Positions 49,129 to 60,805 of a stretch of 64,000 nucleotides of DNA are shown one piece after another. Positions within the stretch are counted from its first letter, which is position 1. Every line of letters begins with the position of its first letter. The notes beneath the pieces are model-generated. The model made no database searches. It was given only the letters and a program-made list of their open reading frames with translations, and was not told the DNA's origin. The stretch is from an uncultured Acidobacteriota bacterium (lineage in GTDB: Bacteria; Acidobacteriota; UBA6911): the NCBI GenBank assembly GCA_963843575.1, contig CAWJKZ010000021.1:256001-320000 (forward strand), in the 5' to 3' direction. The translations under genes were made by a program, and so were the position numbers.

Positions 49129-52100
49129 CTAGTCGGGGATGACCATCGGCGGAAGCGCCGCCATGTAGCTGTAACCGTCGTCGTGCATCAGGCCGAAGGC
49201 GTGGAGGGAGCGGTCCGACCGGATCCGGATGTACCCGTCGAGGCGGGCCGGGAGGCCGGGGAAGAACCCGGTCAGGTACTCGGCTGTCCGGGTGCCCGGC
49301 GCCAGCGTCCGGGTCACCGACCGGTCCAGCGTGCCGTCGGGATTCCAGAGCTCGACGGTGTAGCTGGCGGTGTCGGCGTTGACATTCAGCAGTGCGATCG
49401 CTGTTTTGTAGCCGCTCGAATTTGCCGCCGAAGGAATAACGAACTCCCGGAGCGGTTCGCCGGAGAGCTGGAAGCTTGTCAGGAATGTGCTGGCCGTGCC
49501 GGTATCGAGCAGCCGTTCGTTGGTGAACGAGATCGTGCCCCCGAAATGGTCCACGCTGCTTTCGACTTCGAGCCAACCCGTAGCGATCAGCGCCGAAGTC
49601 ACACCGAATATCGCGGCGAGGTCCAGCTTCAGCTGCTCCCCTGGTGCGAGGTACTGGACATAGGGGAGCCCGATGACCGTCCCATCGGGTTCGTGCGGTG
49701 TGATCGTGAAATCGGCCCCTTCGCCATTGGCATTGATCAGGTTCAGGATTGTCACAAAGCCAGGAGCGATGGCGAACTGAGGTGAATACAGGTGCTTTAT
49801 GCCCCACCGTTGCAAATCGATGCCGTTCAGCGCCGCGAGCGCTCCCTTCGGACCGTAAAACTCGGTCATGAGGAGGCCGCCCGTCGAGGACATCCGGTAA
49901 TAACCGCTTTCCGAGGACTCCGCCTGCAGTAGAGTCGCGGTGTGGGAGCTGCGCACGTCAGTCAGTTCCTCGGTTTCGGTGAAGGTTCCGTAATCCGGGT
50001 CGTACACTTCGGCCGTATCCAGGCCATCCTCCTCGTCCTCGTCGAAGCCACCCGCGATCAGCACCTTTCCGTCTTTGAGAAGCGTGGCCGTGTGGCTGGT
50101 GCGGGGAGAGTTCATCGTGCCGGCCGCCTCGAAGGCATTCGTGTCAGGATTGAAGCTCTCGACGGAATCGAGGGAGACGGAACCGTTCGTACCGCCGGTG
50201 ATCAGGACGCGGCCGCTCTCGAGGAGCGTCGCCGTGTGCGACGCGCGCGCATCGATCAGGTTTCCGACAGTGGTGAATGTCCCCTTCATCGGGTCATAGA
50301 GCTCCGCCGACGCCAGGTATTCCCCGTTGTAGCCGCCCACAATCAGGACCTTTCCGTTTTTCAGACGTGTTGCCGTGTGGAGGGACCGGGCGACGTTCAT
50401 TGGACCCGTGAGATTGAAGTTGTCGCGGGACGGGTCGTAAAGTTCCGCGCTATTCGTCACGGTGCTGCCGTCAGTCCCGCCGGCCAGCAGGACTTTGCCA
50501 TTTACTAGCAGGGTCGCAGTGTGCGAATCCCGCCCGGCAGTCATCGGGCCCGAAGTAAGGGTGAACACGTCATTGTCGGGATCGAATATCTCGGCAGTGT
50601 CGTTGATACCATCCGAGCTTTGACCTCCCGCGATCAGCACGCGGCCGTTTGATAGCAGGGTCGCGGTGTGGCGCACCCGTTCGACGTTGAGAGAACCCGG
50701 GGTAGTCGTGAAGAGTTCACTGTCCCCCTCTTTGTCGTCGGGATCATAGGTCTCCGCGCTCGCGAGGATGTCGTTCGCGTCCTTTCCGCCGGCGATCAGT
50801 ACCCTGCCGTCCAGCAGGGAAGTCGCCGTATGCCCTTCTCTCCTCGCATTCGTGGTGTCGGACGCTGCGGAAAACGAGTTCGAACTCGGTGAGAAGATCT
50901 CCGCGGAATCAAGCGTCGCGGACGACCGGCGCCCGCCCACGATAAGCACGTTCCCCGACGCCGATCCGGTCGTCGCCGCCGAAACCGTTTCGGACGCGCG
51001 ATTGGTCGGATAGGAGACAGTGTCGTCGGCAGTCTTTATCGAGACGCCCTGCATCGCTTTGCGAGACGAGTCATAAGCCAGCTGGTTGTAGGCGGGGTTT
51101 ACAAAGTTCAGTTCGGCGGTATAGTCCTTTTCATCCTTGTCGCCATCGCCGTCAAGGTCCTTGCCGTCCCGCGAGACTTCGGGAGCAATCCACTCGTAGA
51201 GCGGCTTCCGGAAGAGCGGAAACCCGTCCATTTCGTCCATGGCGTACCCGAGCCAGGTCGCCCTGACGCGGCCGGTCGAGATGTAGCCGACCACCTTCGG
51301 TTCGTCCGTGTTGACGGCCAGCCAGCCGGTCTTCTCGGTGTAAGGATCGAGTCCGAAAATCTGGTCGACCGTCGATGCGTACTGCCCGCGTGCCGGTATC
51401 GTAATTTCTACCGGGTCCGTGATGTCGTCGCCCTCCAGCTCCGATCCGTAGTTATCGTAGGCATAGATCTTAACTGCAGCTGGCTGGTCAGAGAGGTTGA
51501 TCAGGGTGAGACCCGTGAACCGGTCCGTGGAGCTTATGTACTTCGTTCCGGCGATCCGATTCGTGCTCCTTAATAGCTCGATCTCGCCGGCGACAAAATC
51601 GAGAACGGCGAGCACCTGTCCATTCGGAGCCAGCGCCACCGTGGAGGGCTGATCGACGGCGTAGTTCGGATCGTCACCGACCAGCACTTTGCCGCAGACC
51701 GCGAAGCTCGTCAGACTCTGCTGGTAGGCGCTGTCGTCGTCCGAAGACGCGTAGTACGCGTACGACGAGTCCGGGGAGAATGCGACGTTGGCGGATCCCA
51801 CGGTGTTGGTCCCTGCCGTCGGCGCCTCGAAAGCAGCTCCGGGATCGTAGGTCGGAACGATCGTCAGGGTAGCCTCGTTGTGAATGACCCAGTTCAGCCC
51901 GTTGGGGGCCAAGGCGGTAAAACCGGGCTGTGTTCCTGCGCCACGCACGTCGAGGACTTCGCCTGTCGCCGCCTTGAAGACCATGAATTTGCCGGCAGCT
52001 GAACTGTCGCTGCCGTCCCGGGAAGCGACGATGGCCACTTCGCCATCCTTCGATAGCACGACGCTATTGAAGATCGAGAACGTCGCATAGGAGGTGTTGT

Positions 52101-53829
52101 CGGTCCCGCTGGCCTTCTCCACCTCGTCGCGCACTTTGATGGTGTACTTCTTTGAAAGGCTGCCGGCGTCGATGCACACCATCTCGTTCGCATTCGTATC
52201 CAGGAGGAAAAGAAGTGCGCCGTCAGGAGATGTGGTGATCTGAGCCGGGGCCAGGAACCCGGTCACCCGCGCCAGTTCCTTCCCGGAATCCACGGAGAAT
52301 TTGATCAGCTCACCAGATCCGGTCGAAGAGATGTAGCCCACGGATCCGTCCGGAGAGAGCGTCAACCAGCTGCCGAATCCGAACGTCGCCCCCGTGAAAC
52401 TCCAGGTCGCCTTTACCCGGTAGGTTTCCATGTCGACGACGAAAATGCGGTTTTCCAGCGCCGAAACAATGGCCAGCGTCCTGCCGTCCTTCAGCAGCGT
52501 CATCAGGGCGGGCTTGCCCCCCGTGACGATCCGCTGCAAGGTTGCGCCGGTCTCGGCCGAAAACACCAACACGGCGCCGGAGCCTGTGTAGGGCACAAAC
52601 CCCCGCCGCGAATCGGCTGAGAACAAGATGTTGGGGGAAACGTTGTCCGTCTGGTCCAGGTTGAGATCGAATTCGAGCGGAAGCGCGTTCTGGCCTCCGG
52701 AGAAGAACAACGTGCCGTTACCGAAAACCGTGATCGCATGCCCGATCCGGGCAGAGGTCATGCTTTGGCCCGGTGAAAACGTAGCGGTCGTGGGATCGTA
52801 GATTTCGGTGGTCGCGAGCGCACCGTTGCCGCTGTTACCGCCGGTCACTAGAATACGGCCGTCGGGGAGCGCTACCGCCACGTGCATGTACCGTGCCGTG
52901 CTCATCGACGCGGTCGCGGAGAATTCCCTCGTATTGGGGTCCCATACCTCGGCAGTGCTGAGGAAACCATCCTCGCTGCGCCCCCCCGCGATAAGCACTT
53001 TGCCGCTCGGCAGAAGGGTTGAAGTGTGTCCGAGCCGTTCGATTGTCATGTCGTTGGCGGTCGAGGTAAACGTGCTGTCGTCCTCGTCGTCCGTACGGTC
53101 GCTGTCCGGCTCGAAGGTTTCGGCCAGATCCAGGACCGAGCTGACGTCGCGGCCGCCGGTAATCAGGACCTTACCGTCCTGTAGCAGCGTTGCCGCATGG
53201 TCCTGGCGCCCGACGGCGAGCGATCCGTCGGTGGCGGTGAACTTCCCGGAGACAGGGTCGTAGATTTCAGCGGTGGCCGAATAGTTCGTCCCGTCGTAGC
53301 CCCCGGCGATGAACACGGTGCCGTCCTTCAGCAAAGTCGCGGTGTGCCCGGTCCGGTAGGCGGTCATGTTCGAAGAGGTCTTCTTGAACTCTCCCGTGCC
53401 GGGGTCATAAACCTCGGCGGTGTCGAGCGGTTCCCCGTTTGTCCCGCCGGCAATCAGCACTTTGCCATTGGAGAGCAGCGTGGCCGTGTGCGACCGGCGC
53501 TGCTCGTTCATTTCGCCGGTAGCCGTGAAAGTATTGGACGCGGGATCGTAAAGTTCGGCGGTGTCGAGGTAACTTCCGTTGAAGCCGCCCGCGATGAGCA
53601 CCTTCCCATTCGGCAGAAGCGTTGCCGTATGCCGTTCGCGGCCTTCGGTCATCGTTCCCAGAAACTTGAACGTGCCGGCAGCGGGCGAATAGAGCTCCGC
53701 CGTGGTTCCGGCGATCTCGCGGTTCGGGGCGACGCGGGCGAAGAATCTCTGTTGTGCAAAACCCGTGACATATAAAAGAAGGACGATTACACAAACAATA
53801 AGGACTCTGAGTGCGTTCCTGCTAGACAC
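49129..53829 (-). CDS. 1,566-aa secreted protein: kelch propeller + YVTN-type propeller + second kelch propeller + C-terminal beta domains
   Basis: Two blocks of R..HTATLL.NGKVLIAGG...AE.YDP repeats flank a YVTN-like region. Signal peptide present; GTG 53829 follows GGGAGG. Confidence 0.88.
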   Translation of the reverse strand: MSSRNALRVLIVCVIVLLLYVTGFAQQRFFARVAPNREIAGTTAELYSPAAGTFKFLGTMTEGRERHTATLLPNGKVLIAGGFNGSYLDTAELYDPASNTFTATGEMNEQRRSHTATLLSNGKVLIAGGTNGEPLDTAEVYDPGTGEFKKTSSNMTAYRTGHTATLLKDGTVFIAGGYDGTNYSATAEIYDPVSGKFTATDGSLAVGRQDHAATLLQDGKVLITGGRDVSSVLDLAETFEPDSDRTDDEDDSTFTSTANDMTIERLGHTSTLLPSGKVLIAGGRSEDGFLSTAEVWDPNTREFSATASMSTARYMHVAVALPDGRILVTGGNSGNGALATTEIYDPTTATFSPGQSMTSARIGHAITVFGNGTLFFSGGQNALPLEFDLNLDQTDNVSPNILFSADSRRGFVPYTGSGAVLVFSAETGATLQRIVTGGKPALMTLLKDGRTLAIVSALENRIFVVDMETYRVKATWSFTGATFGFGSWLTLSPDGSVGYISSTGSGELIKFSVDSGKELARVTGFLAPAQITTSPDGALLFLLDTNANEMVCIDAGSLSKKYTIKVRDEVEKASGTDNTSYATFSIFNSVVLSKDGEVAIVASRDGSDSSAAGKFMVFKAATGEVLDVRGAGTQPGFTALAPNGLNWVIHNEATLTIVPTYDPGAAFEAPTAGTNTVGSANVAFSPDSSYAYYASSDDDSAYQQSLTSFAVCGKVLVGDDPNYAVDQPSTVALAPNGQVLAVLDFVAGEIELLRSTNRIAGTKYISSTDRFTGLTLINLSDQPAAVKIYAYDNYGSELEGDDITDPVEITIPARGQYASTVDQIFGLDPYTEKTGWLAVNTDEPKVVGYISTGRVRATWLGYAMDEMDGFPLFRKPLYEWIAPEVSRDGKDLDGDGDKDEKDYTAELNFVNPAYNQLAYDSSRKAMQGVSIKTADDTVSYPTNRASETVSAATTGSASGNVLIVGGRRSSATLDSAEIFSPSSNSFSAASDTTNARREGHTATSLLDGRVLIAGGKDANDILASAETYDPDDKEGDSELFTTTPGSLNVERVRHTATLLSNGRVLIAGGQSSDGINDTAEIFDPDNDVFTLTSGPMTAGRDSHTATLLVNGKVLLAGGTDGSTVTNSAELYDPSRDNFNLTGPMNVARSLHTATRLKNGKVLIVGGYNGEYLASAELYDPMKGTFTTVGNLIDARASHTATLLESGRVLITGGTNGSVSLDSVESFNPDTNAFEAAGTMNSPRTSHTATLLKDGKVLIAGGFDEDEEDGLDTAEVYDPDYGTFTETEELTDVRSSHTATLLQAESSESGYYRMSSTGGLLMTEFYGPKGALAALNGIDLQRWGIKHLYSPQFAIAPGFVTILNLINANGEGADFTITPHEPDGTVIGLPYVQYLAPGEQLKLDLAAIFGVTSALIATGWLEVESSVDHFGGTISFTNERLLDTGTASTFLTSFQLSGEPLREFVIPSAANSSGYKTAIALLNVNADTASYTVELWNPDGTLDRSVTRTLAPGTRTAEYLTGFFPGLPARLDGYIRIRSDRSLHAFGLMHDDGYSYMAALPPMVIPD

Positions 53830-53887
53830 ACATCCCTCCCACAACTGTCAGTCGAAAACACAACCGGACTCTTCAGAACAGCTTGAA

Positions 53888-53911
53888 TACGAGCGCCGGC
53901 GCGTTTGTTAC
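53888..53911 (-). promoter_or_regulatory. Putative ECF promoter for the kelch gene
   Basis: Minus strand GTAAC-AAACGCGCCGGCGCT-CGTA (15-nt spacer). Confidence 0.65.
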
Positions 53912-53919
53912 AGGCACGC

Positions 53920-53943
53920 GTAACAAACGCACCGGCGCGCGTA
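53920..53943 (+). promoter_or_regulatory. Putative ECF promoter for the bamA homolog
   Basis: GTAAC-AAACGCACCGGCGCG-CGTA (15-nt spacer), ending 24 nt before ATG 53968. Confidence 0.65.
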
Positions 53944-53967
53944 GTTAGGGGCGTTTCTGGAGGATCT

Positions 53968-56540
53968 ATGCAATTGCTCTTGCTGTGCATGCTGCTGGTG
54001 CCAATGCCGCCGCTCCAGGCCCGACCTGACGACGTTCTGGTCGAGCGCGTGGACGTCCGGGGGAACCGCCGCATCCCGGAGGACACGATTCGTTTTTACA
54101 TCCAGTCCAGGCCGGGCGAACGGTACGACGAAGGGAGGCTGGAGCTCGACCTGCGCGCCCTGTACAAATCAAACTTCTTCGAATATATCGAGATCGACGA
54201 GAAAGACGGCGACACAGGAAAGGTCGTTACCTTCATCCTCCGGGAAAAACCTCTCATCCGGTCGATCCAGTATGCGGGGGCCAAGTCCTTTACGGAATCC
54301 AACATCCTCGAGCACTTCAAGGATAAGAAGGTCGGATTGACCGTCGACAGCCAGTACGATCCGGCCAAGATCCGCACGGCCGAGAGGTCGCTGCGGGACC
54401 TCATGCAGTTGAACGGAAAGCCGCTGGGCACAGTCCGGACCGAGGTAACCAGCGTTCCCCCGTCCGGCGTGCGCGTCCGTTTCGTCCTGGACGAAGGGCC
54501 GAAGGTGCGCATCGGAGCGATCCGGTTTACCGGAAACACGAAGATGAGCGACGGGGCTTTGAAGGACGCGCTGAAGCTGACGAAAGAGCGCAGCCTGATG
54601 AGCCTGTTCAAGGGCACCGACAAGTTCCACGCCGGGAAGCTCGAGGCGGACGTCGAGATGAACCTGAAGGCCTTCTACAAGGAAAACGGCTACATGCAGG
54701 TCCAGGTCGGGCAGCCGATGACCCGCATCTGCGAAGGCCCCCGCGGATTCATCCCCATGCTCCGCAAAACCCGCCTGCAGTACCTGATCGAGCTTCCCGA
54801 TCGACGCCGGCGACCAGTACCGGCTCGGGGACCTGACCCTCAGGGACTGCGGCGCCTTGAAGTGCGAGCCGCTGACGACTCTTTTCGGACTGCACAAGGG
54901 GGACGTGGTCAATTTCAAGCGCATCAAGGACACGCTGGAAGAAATCAAGAAAATCTACGGCGGCATCGGCTACATCAACTGGTCCTATATCCCGGAGCAG
55001 GAATTCGATCAGGCAAGCAAGACGATGAACCTCACGTTCACGTTCCAGCCTGACAAGATGTTCTACGTGCACCGGATCAACTTCAGCGGCAACACGAAGA
55101 CGCGCGACCGCGTCATGCGCCGCGAGTTCCTGCTCGAGGAGGGGAAACTCTTCAGCAGCCGTTTGCTGGACATTTCCGTTTTGCGGCTGAACCAGCTCGG
55201 GTTTTTCGACAAGATCGAGGAGAAAGACTACGATCTCAAGACGAACGACAAGGATGCGACGGTCGACATCAACCTCAAGGTGAAGGAGAAGAGTCAGCAG
55301 TCCATCGGACTGACGGGCGGCGTCAGCGGAATCTCGGGCAGTTTCCTCGGGGTGAACTACGGCACCAACAACTTCCTGGGCAGGGGAGAAAGCCTGGAAG
55401 TCAGCGTCACAGGCGGAACACGCTCGGCCGGATCTCATGCTTTCGTACAGCATACCCTACTTTCTGAACACCAGGTGGACGATGGGTATTTCCGCCTACA
55501 AGATGCGGTACCGGTACGACACCTACACGATGTACGGTATGACCAGTTACTCGACCGGACATCCCGTGTCCCTGTTCACCCAGCACACGACGGGCGCAAC
55601 CTTGAACGTGGGGCGCCCGCTCGGCAACACCTTCTGGCGCCTGGGAGCGAGCTACACGTACCAGAGCATCGGGATCGGGGGAATTGCATCGGGGTATGAA
55701 TCCTTCGCCCTGGGACAGCTCGGTGGGGAGCACTCCGAACGGCGACACCCAGAAGGCACTAAGCGGGATCATCCGGAGCGAAATAACGCCGAGCCTTTCG
55801 TTCAACACGACGAACAGCTACTTTATGCCGACCCGCGGCAAGAAGTCTGAACATCGCGATGGGAGTCGCCGGCGGAATCCTCTCGGGCGACTACAAGATC
55901 CTGCGCCCCTCGGTCGAATACCGCCACTTCGTCCCGGACCGCTGGATCAGCCACCGTCGAAATACGCTTGGATTCAGGCTGTTGGGTCAATATATCCGCT
56001 CCTACGGCGGCTCGACGATCCCGTTCTATGAACGGTTTTTTGTAGGCGGGGAGACGACGCTGCGCGGTTTCGACCTTCGTTCCATCAGCCCTATCGCGAT
56101 CTCCTCTACATACAAAAACGATCTGTTCAACAACACGTCGATCGACCCGGTCACCGGCTTGCTCAAAATCGACAAGAGCATTATCTCGATCGGAGGCGAT
56201 TCGCTCGGGCATGGGCAGTGCGGAGTACCGGATGCCGATTGCCGGTCCGCTGTCGATGTCGCTGTTCGCGACGTAGGGGTGAACCGTGTCTCGCACGTCA
56301 AAGGGATCGGGAAGTTCGGGGACAACGACGGTCGATCTCGTCGGCGCGACCAACACCGTGCTGCGCAGTTCGACGGGGATCGAATTTCAGTTCGTGCTTC
56401 CGATGGTGAACGCGCCGTTCCGCCTGATCTTCGCGGTGAACCCGAACAGGTGGGACGGAGACATCGCGCTCGGCACGAACGTACTGCATGCGCACGAACC
56501 GAGCCACGACATCAAGTTCACAATCGGCCGCACATTCTGA
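53968..56540 (+). CDS. bamA: BamA/Omp85 outer-membrane assembly factor homolog, interrupted by ~7 single-base frameshifts (error or pseudogene)
   Basis: POTRA motifs VRGNRRI, FTGNTKM and FSGNTKTRDRVMRRE; NNFLGRGE; FFVGGETTLRGF; C-terminal KFTIGRTF. Frame changes at ~54797, 55430, 55722, 55844, 56207, 56268 and 56318. Confidence 0.85.
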
Positions 56541-56542
56541 GC

Positions 56543-56585
56543 CACGGATTCACACGGATCCGCGTGGAATCCGTGTGAATCCGTG
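56543..56585. terminator. 17-bp perfect hairpin between convergent bamA and TBDR genes (family C core)
   Basis: CACGGATTCACACGGAT-N9-ATCCGTGTGAATCCGTG. Confidence 0.7.
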
Positions 56586-56591
56586 TCCCGG

Positions 56592-59500
56592 CTAGAATTC
56601 GAAGCGGAGGCCGGCCTGGAGGTTTCGGGGAGTGCCCTGAATCGTGGAAATCTGGCCGAAGCTTGCCGGTGTCACAAGGTTTGTCTCGGGCAATCCGAAA
56701 TTCGTGTGATTCATGACGTTGTAGGCTTCGGCTCGAAGCGCGAGGTGGCTCGTTTCGCCGAGGCGGATACGCTTTGTGAGGGCCAGGTCGATGTTGAAGT
56801 ACCTGGGCCCGAGAAACGAATTCCTCCCGGAGCTTCCGATCGAGCCTGCCTCGGGGAACGTGAACTCAGCCATCGAATCGGCGGAGAAGTAGTACACTCC
56901 ATCCGAGGTCCTGTAGATCTTCCCCTTGGCGCCGCTGCCGTCGTAGTCCGCATAGGTTGTCGTGTCCGCCCCGGCGGTGCGCCGACCAGAACTGATCGAG
57001 AACGGTTTGCCCGCCTCGTAGACCAGCAGAACACCCGCATCCCAGCCACCAAAGAGGGCGTCCATCCACTTGGGGCCTGAGCTCAGGAGCCAGCGGTTCT
57101 TCCCGAAAGGCAGCGAGTAGACGGCGCTCACATTGAAGGCGTGGGGCCTGTGGAAGTCACTGCGCGCCTTGTTCAGCCCCACGTCGAAGTTGTCGATCGG
57201 GTTCGAGAAACCGTTCCCCTCGGCTGAGGTGTTGTCCATCGACTTGCTCCAGATGTAGTGCGCATCCAGCAGCAGTCCCTCGCGTCGGTGGCGCAGGTTC
57301 ACCTGCAGGGAGTCGTACCAGGACCGGCCGGCGTTCGTGCCGTAGATCAACTGGTTGAACTGCGGGAAGTTCCGGAGATAGAAACTCGACATAGGCCGGC
57401 GCCTCGATAGCGGCTGTAGTAGTTCTTGTCTACGGTGTCGGCGGCCGTGCCGGCCTGTCCCTGGTCGATGATGCTTCCGCCGATCGCATTAATGGCCGCA
57501 TTGGCCGAACCGAACATCTTGACCAGGGTGTTGGTCGAGCTGACCGGCGTGCCAATCGCTCGAAACGACTGCAACTCGCGAAAGGCTTTCAGGAAATCCT
57601 CCTCGATCCTGGGCTGGTTCAGATCGACGTTCATGTAGAGCTTGATTCCCCTGCGTTCCGACGTAGCCGGCTTCGAGAACGGTGTCACTCCGGATCTGGC
57701 GTTGGAGGGTGAGGGCAAATTGATGGACATAGCCGGTGCGCAGCTTCGGATTCAGCACGGCGACCGACTCGGAGCGCGTCACCGACGGCGTCATGTCCGG
57801 CGAAGATCTGGGCGACAGGCTCGGGATTCCGTCGCTCAACCGCACATCCTTTCCCCCGGTGTTCGGATAGGAGGTTACGGTCTGGGAGAATCCCGTCGTG
57901 TAAGCGTCGACGGTATTATTGACTGCCCCTGACAGGTGTTCGTAGTAAAGCCCGTAGCCTCCGCGCAGTACGGTCCGTCCGCTGTTCTTCGGGTTCCAGG
58001 CAAAACCGAACCTCGGGGCGAAGTTGTTGACGTCCCGGGCATACCAGTGCTTCGTCGTCTCGATCTTGAAGTTGGAGATCTGGGAGACAGCGTCGATGCT
58101 GGACGCCTGATCGAGGGTCGCCTGCAGACCGCTGCGCTCGGTGGGCATCGCGCCAAGCTCGTATCTCAGCCCGAGGACGACGGACAGATTCGTGCGAACC
58201 CGCCAGTCGTCCTGAAGGAATGCGCTGTAGGCCCTGCCGTTGTAGGTCCGTTCTCGTTTCGTCCCGGCATCTTTGAATTCCTCGAGATCGCTGTAGAACG
58301 TCTGGGTAACTTTGTCCATACGTCCGAGGAGATCATTGTAAAGACCCTCGAACCGCTGCCTGTCGGCCGAGCTGATCACGGCGGTCCCCACCGGACCGAT
58401 ATTGCCGGTAGGAGTGTTTCCGTTGTCCCGCGCGAACGTCACGTTCGGCCAGGTCCCTTCGTCGGTCGACGAGTTCAGGGTCGTCCACGCGAACTCCACA
58501 CCCGACCGGAAATAGTGGCGGCCCCGCTGTGTCGCGGCGAAGTCGTTTGCCTGGATGACCCGGTTGTCTCTTGCCTTTGCGAATGCCGGGCTCAGCGGAT
58601 CAGTCCAGCTGTTGGACAGGAGCATGGCGCTGTTCTGCCGCCCCGGACGCAGGGAATCGAGCCAGCTTCTCCGTACGCCGAGGCGCAGTGAATTGGTCCA
58701 TTGCGACGAAAAAGTCCAATCCGAACCGACCGCATGCGAGTAGCTGCGCCCATCGTCGGTTCCGCCCTTTTCCCCCGGATACCGAGACTCGTTTCCGTTG
58801 AGCCAGTCTACGGAGGAGTTCTTATCCCAGTTCATCCGGTAGAAGAGCTGGTGCTTCTTCGTAAGAGCGTGATCGATCCGCACCGTCGCCTGATGGTCAT
58901 AGCTGTTTACCGGACTGTTGAATTGATAGCCTGAGGTGTTCAGATCGTCGCCGATGTCGTCGTTGTTGGGTTCCGGCAGTTTCGCCAGGAGCGTCGCAAC
59001 CTGGGAGTTGATCCCGAGCCTGCGCCTGTCGTTCTTGGCAATGTTGTAGCTCTGCAGATTGCCCGTGTTCGGCGTGTACCACCTGAATATTCCGGTCTTC
59101 GCTTCGGAAGTAAGGACCAGCCGGTTGCGGATCACATCCTGTTTGGTCTTCCTTCCCTGGTAATTGATGAAGAAGAATGACTTGTCGGGAATCACGGCTC
59201 CGCCAAGCGAGACGCCGAACAGGTGCTGGTTGAAAGCAGGCTGGTCGACATCGTCCGCGTTGTTGAAGAAGTTGTTCGCGTTGAACGACTTGTTCCGGAA
59301 ATATTCAAACGCGTTGCCCGACCAGCGGTTGGCCCCGGAGCGGGTGACCATCTCAACATGCGCGCCGGTGCCGGGGCCGGAGATGGGGCTTGACACGCCG
59401 TTCACAACCTGAAACGACGCGATCGAGTCCGCATTGAGGGGAATCGCGGAGAGCCCAAAAGCCGGGGTGAGCGGATCGTTTGCGTCGAGTCCGTCGATCC

Positions 59501-60059
59501 GGAGGTTCGAAGTCGCTTCGCGCGTACCATTCACGCGCGAGTGGCTCTCGTCGCCGGCCTCGACCTGAACGCCGGGCACATATGCGGCCAAGCTGGTGGG
59601 GCGTCGCTCAATCTGTGGCAACGCGACCATTTCCTGAGAATCCATACGCCCGCCCATCACAGGCTGCGGGTCGGTCAGGATCGGCCTCACCGTTGTTGCG
59701 ATGGACGCGCCCGGGTTGCCCGGTTCCAGATGGAACCGCTGGAACGAGGTCGTCCCGGCCTCTACCACTACGCCGCTGCGCACTTCCGACCGGAAGTTCG
59801 GGGCTTGCACCGTTATCGTGTATTCACCGGGCGCAAGCGTCGCAAAAAGGAAGACTCCGCCTTTGTCTCCCGTGATCTCGACGGGTTTCTTCATATCCTC
59901 CCGGGCCGCCAGGATGTGGCAATCGGGAATTCCCTCACCCGACGGGTCGAGGACCGCACCCTCCAGGCGTCCGACCGAATGCTGACAATAAACCGGCAAT
60001 GAGAGCAGGGCGATGACCAGGAATGAAATCGCGGCAGCAGACAATAGTCTTGAAAGCAT
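56592..60059 (-). CDS. Oar-like TonB-dependent receptor, frameshifted at ~57652 and ~57392
   Basis: GAVLDPSG, VTRSGANRWSG, LGLRYE and NNFAPRFGFAW motifs. ORF pieces 57489-60197, 57347-57730 and 56592-57392 join into one protein ending QAGLRFEF. AGGAGG RBS before ATG 60059. Confidence 0.85.
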
Positions 60060-60094
60060 GAAAGCTCCTCCTGTTGATACCTGTGCGTTCTGAG

Positions 60095-60118
60095 TACGCA
60101 GGAGCAGGGGGGTGTTAC
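60095..60118 (-). promoter_or_regulatory. Putative ECF promoter for the TBDR
   Basis: Minus strand GTAAC-ACCCCCCTGCTCCTG-CGTA (15-nt spacer). Confidence 0.65.
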
Positions 60119-60169
60119 GGACCGTGAACAAAAACTTCCAATCCCGCCGGCAGGCTGTACCACCTGTCT

Positions 60170-60193
60170 GTAACATCCGCCGCCAATTTCGTA
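60170..60193 (+). promoter_or_regulatory. Putative autoregulatory ECF promoter of the sigma operon
   Basis: GTAAC-ATCCGCCGCCAATTT-CGTA, ending 12 nt before ATG 60206 (near-leaderless; no obvious SD). Confidence 0.65.
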
Positions 60194-60205
60194 CCAATAT
60201 CCGGA

Positions 60206-60805
60206 ATGGATCAGGAGGATGTGACTCTCATCGAGAGGACTCTGCTGGGCGACGAGTCTGGTTTCGCCGAACTGGTGAACCGCTACGAGGCGGCTGTCTG
60301 GAAGACCGTCTACCGGACGCTGGGGCACTGTGCAGATACCGAAGATGCCGTCCAGGAGATCTTCCTTCGTATATTCAAGGCCCTCGCCACGTTCGACCGC
60401 GCTCTCCCCTTCGGCCCCTGGATCGTGCGGATTGCCACCAACTACTGCATTGATCAGTTGCGACGCCGGCAGAGACAGCGGTGCGACTTTCTGCTGGACC
60501 TTTCCGACGCGGAACAGGAACGGGCGCTGGCGGATTTCTCCCGGAACGGCGATTTTCAAGCTCTTCTGGGCAAGGCTCCCGAGACGTACGAGAAGGTCGC
60601 CGAGGCGTTCCTGAACAATCTGGACCCCAAGTACAAAACGGCCTTTGTCCTGAGAGAACTCGAAAAACACAGTTACACGGAAATCGCCGAAGTTCTGGGT
60701 ACGACCCAGGTCACAGCACGTGTGCGGGTTTCCAGGGCGCGAGCTAAAATCCGGCGGAAATTCGAGGGATATCTCTCCGGAGAAGAGTTGGACAGTCAGT
60801 CATGA
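60206..60805 (+). CDS. ECF RNA polymerase sigma-70 factor
   Basis: FAELVNRY, EDAVQEIF, WIVRIATNYCID and SYTEIAEVLG...RVSRAR motifs. Confidence 0.93.
   Translation: MDQEDVTLIERTLLGDESGFAELVNRYEAAVWKTVYRTLGHCADTEDAVQEIFLRIFKALATFDRALPFGPWIVRIATNYCIDQLRRRQRQRCDFLLDLSDAEQERALADFSRNGDFQALLGKAPETYEKVAEAFLNNLDPKYKTAFVLRELEKHSYTEIAEVLGTTQVTARVRVSRARAKIRRKFEGYLSGEELDSQS

Noticed and set aside
53968-56540. Programmed frameshifting or phase variation in bamA
   Set aside because: Too many shifts, with no slippery heptamers or long homopolymers; error or decay is more parsimonious.
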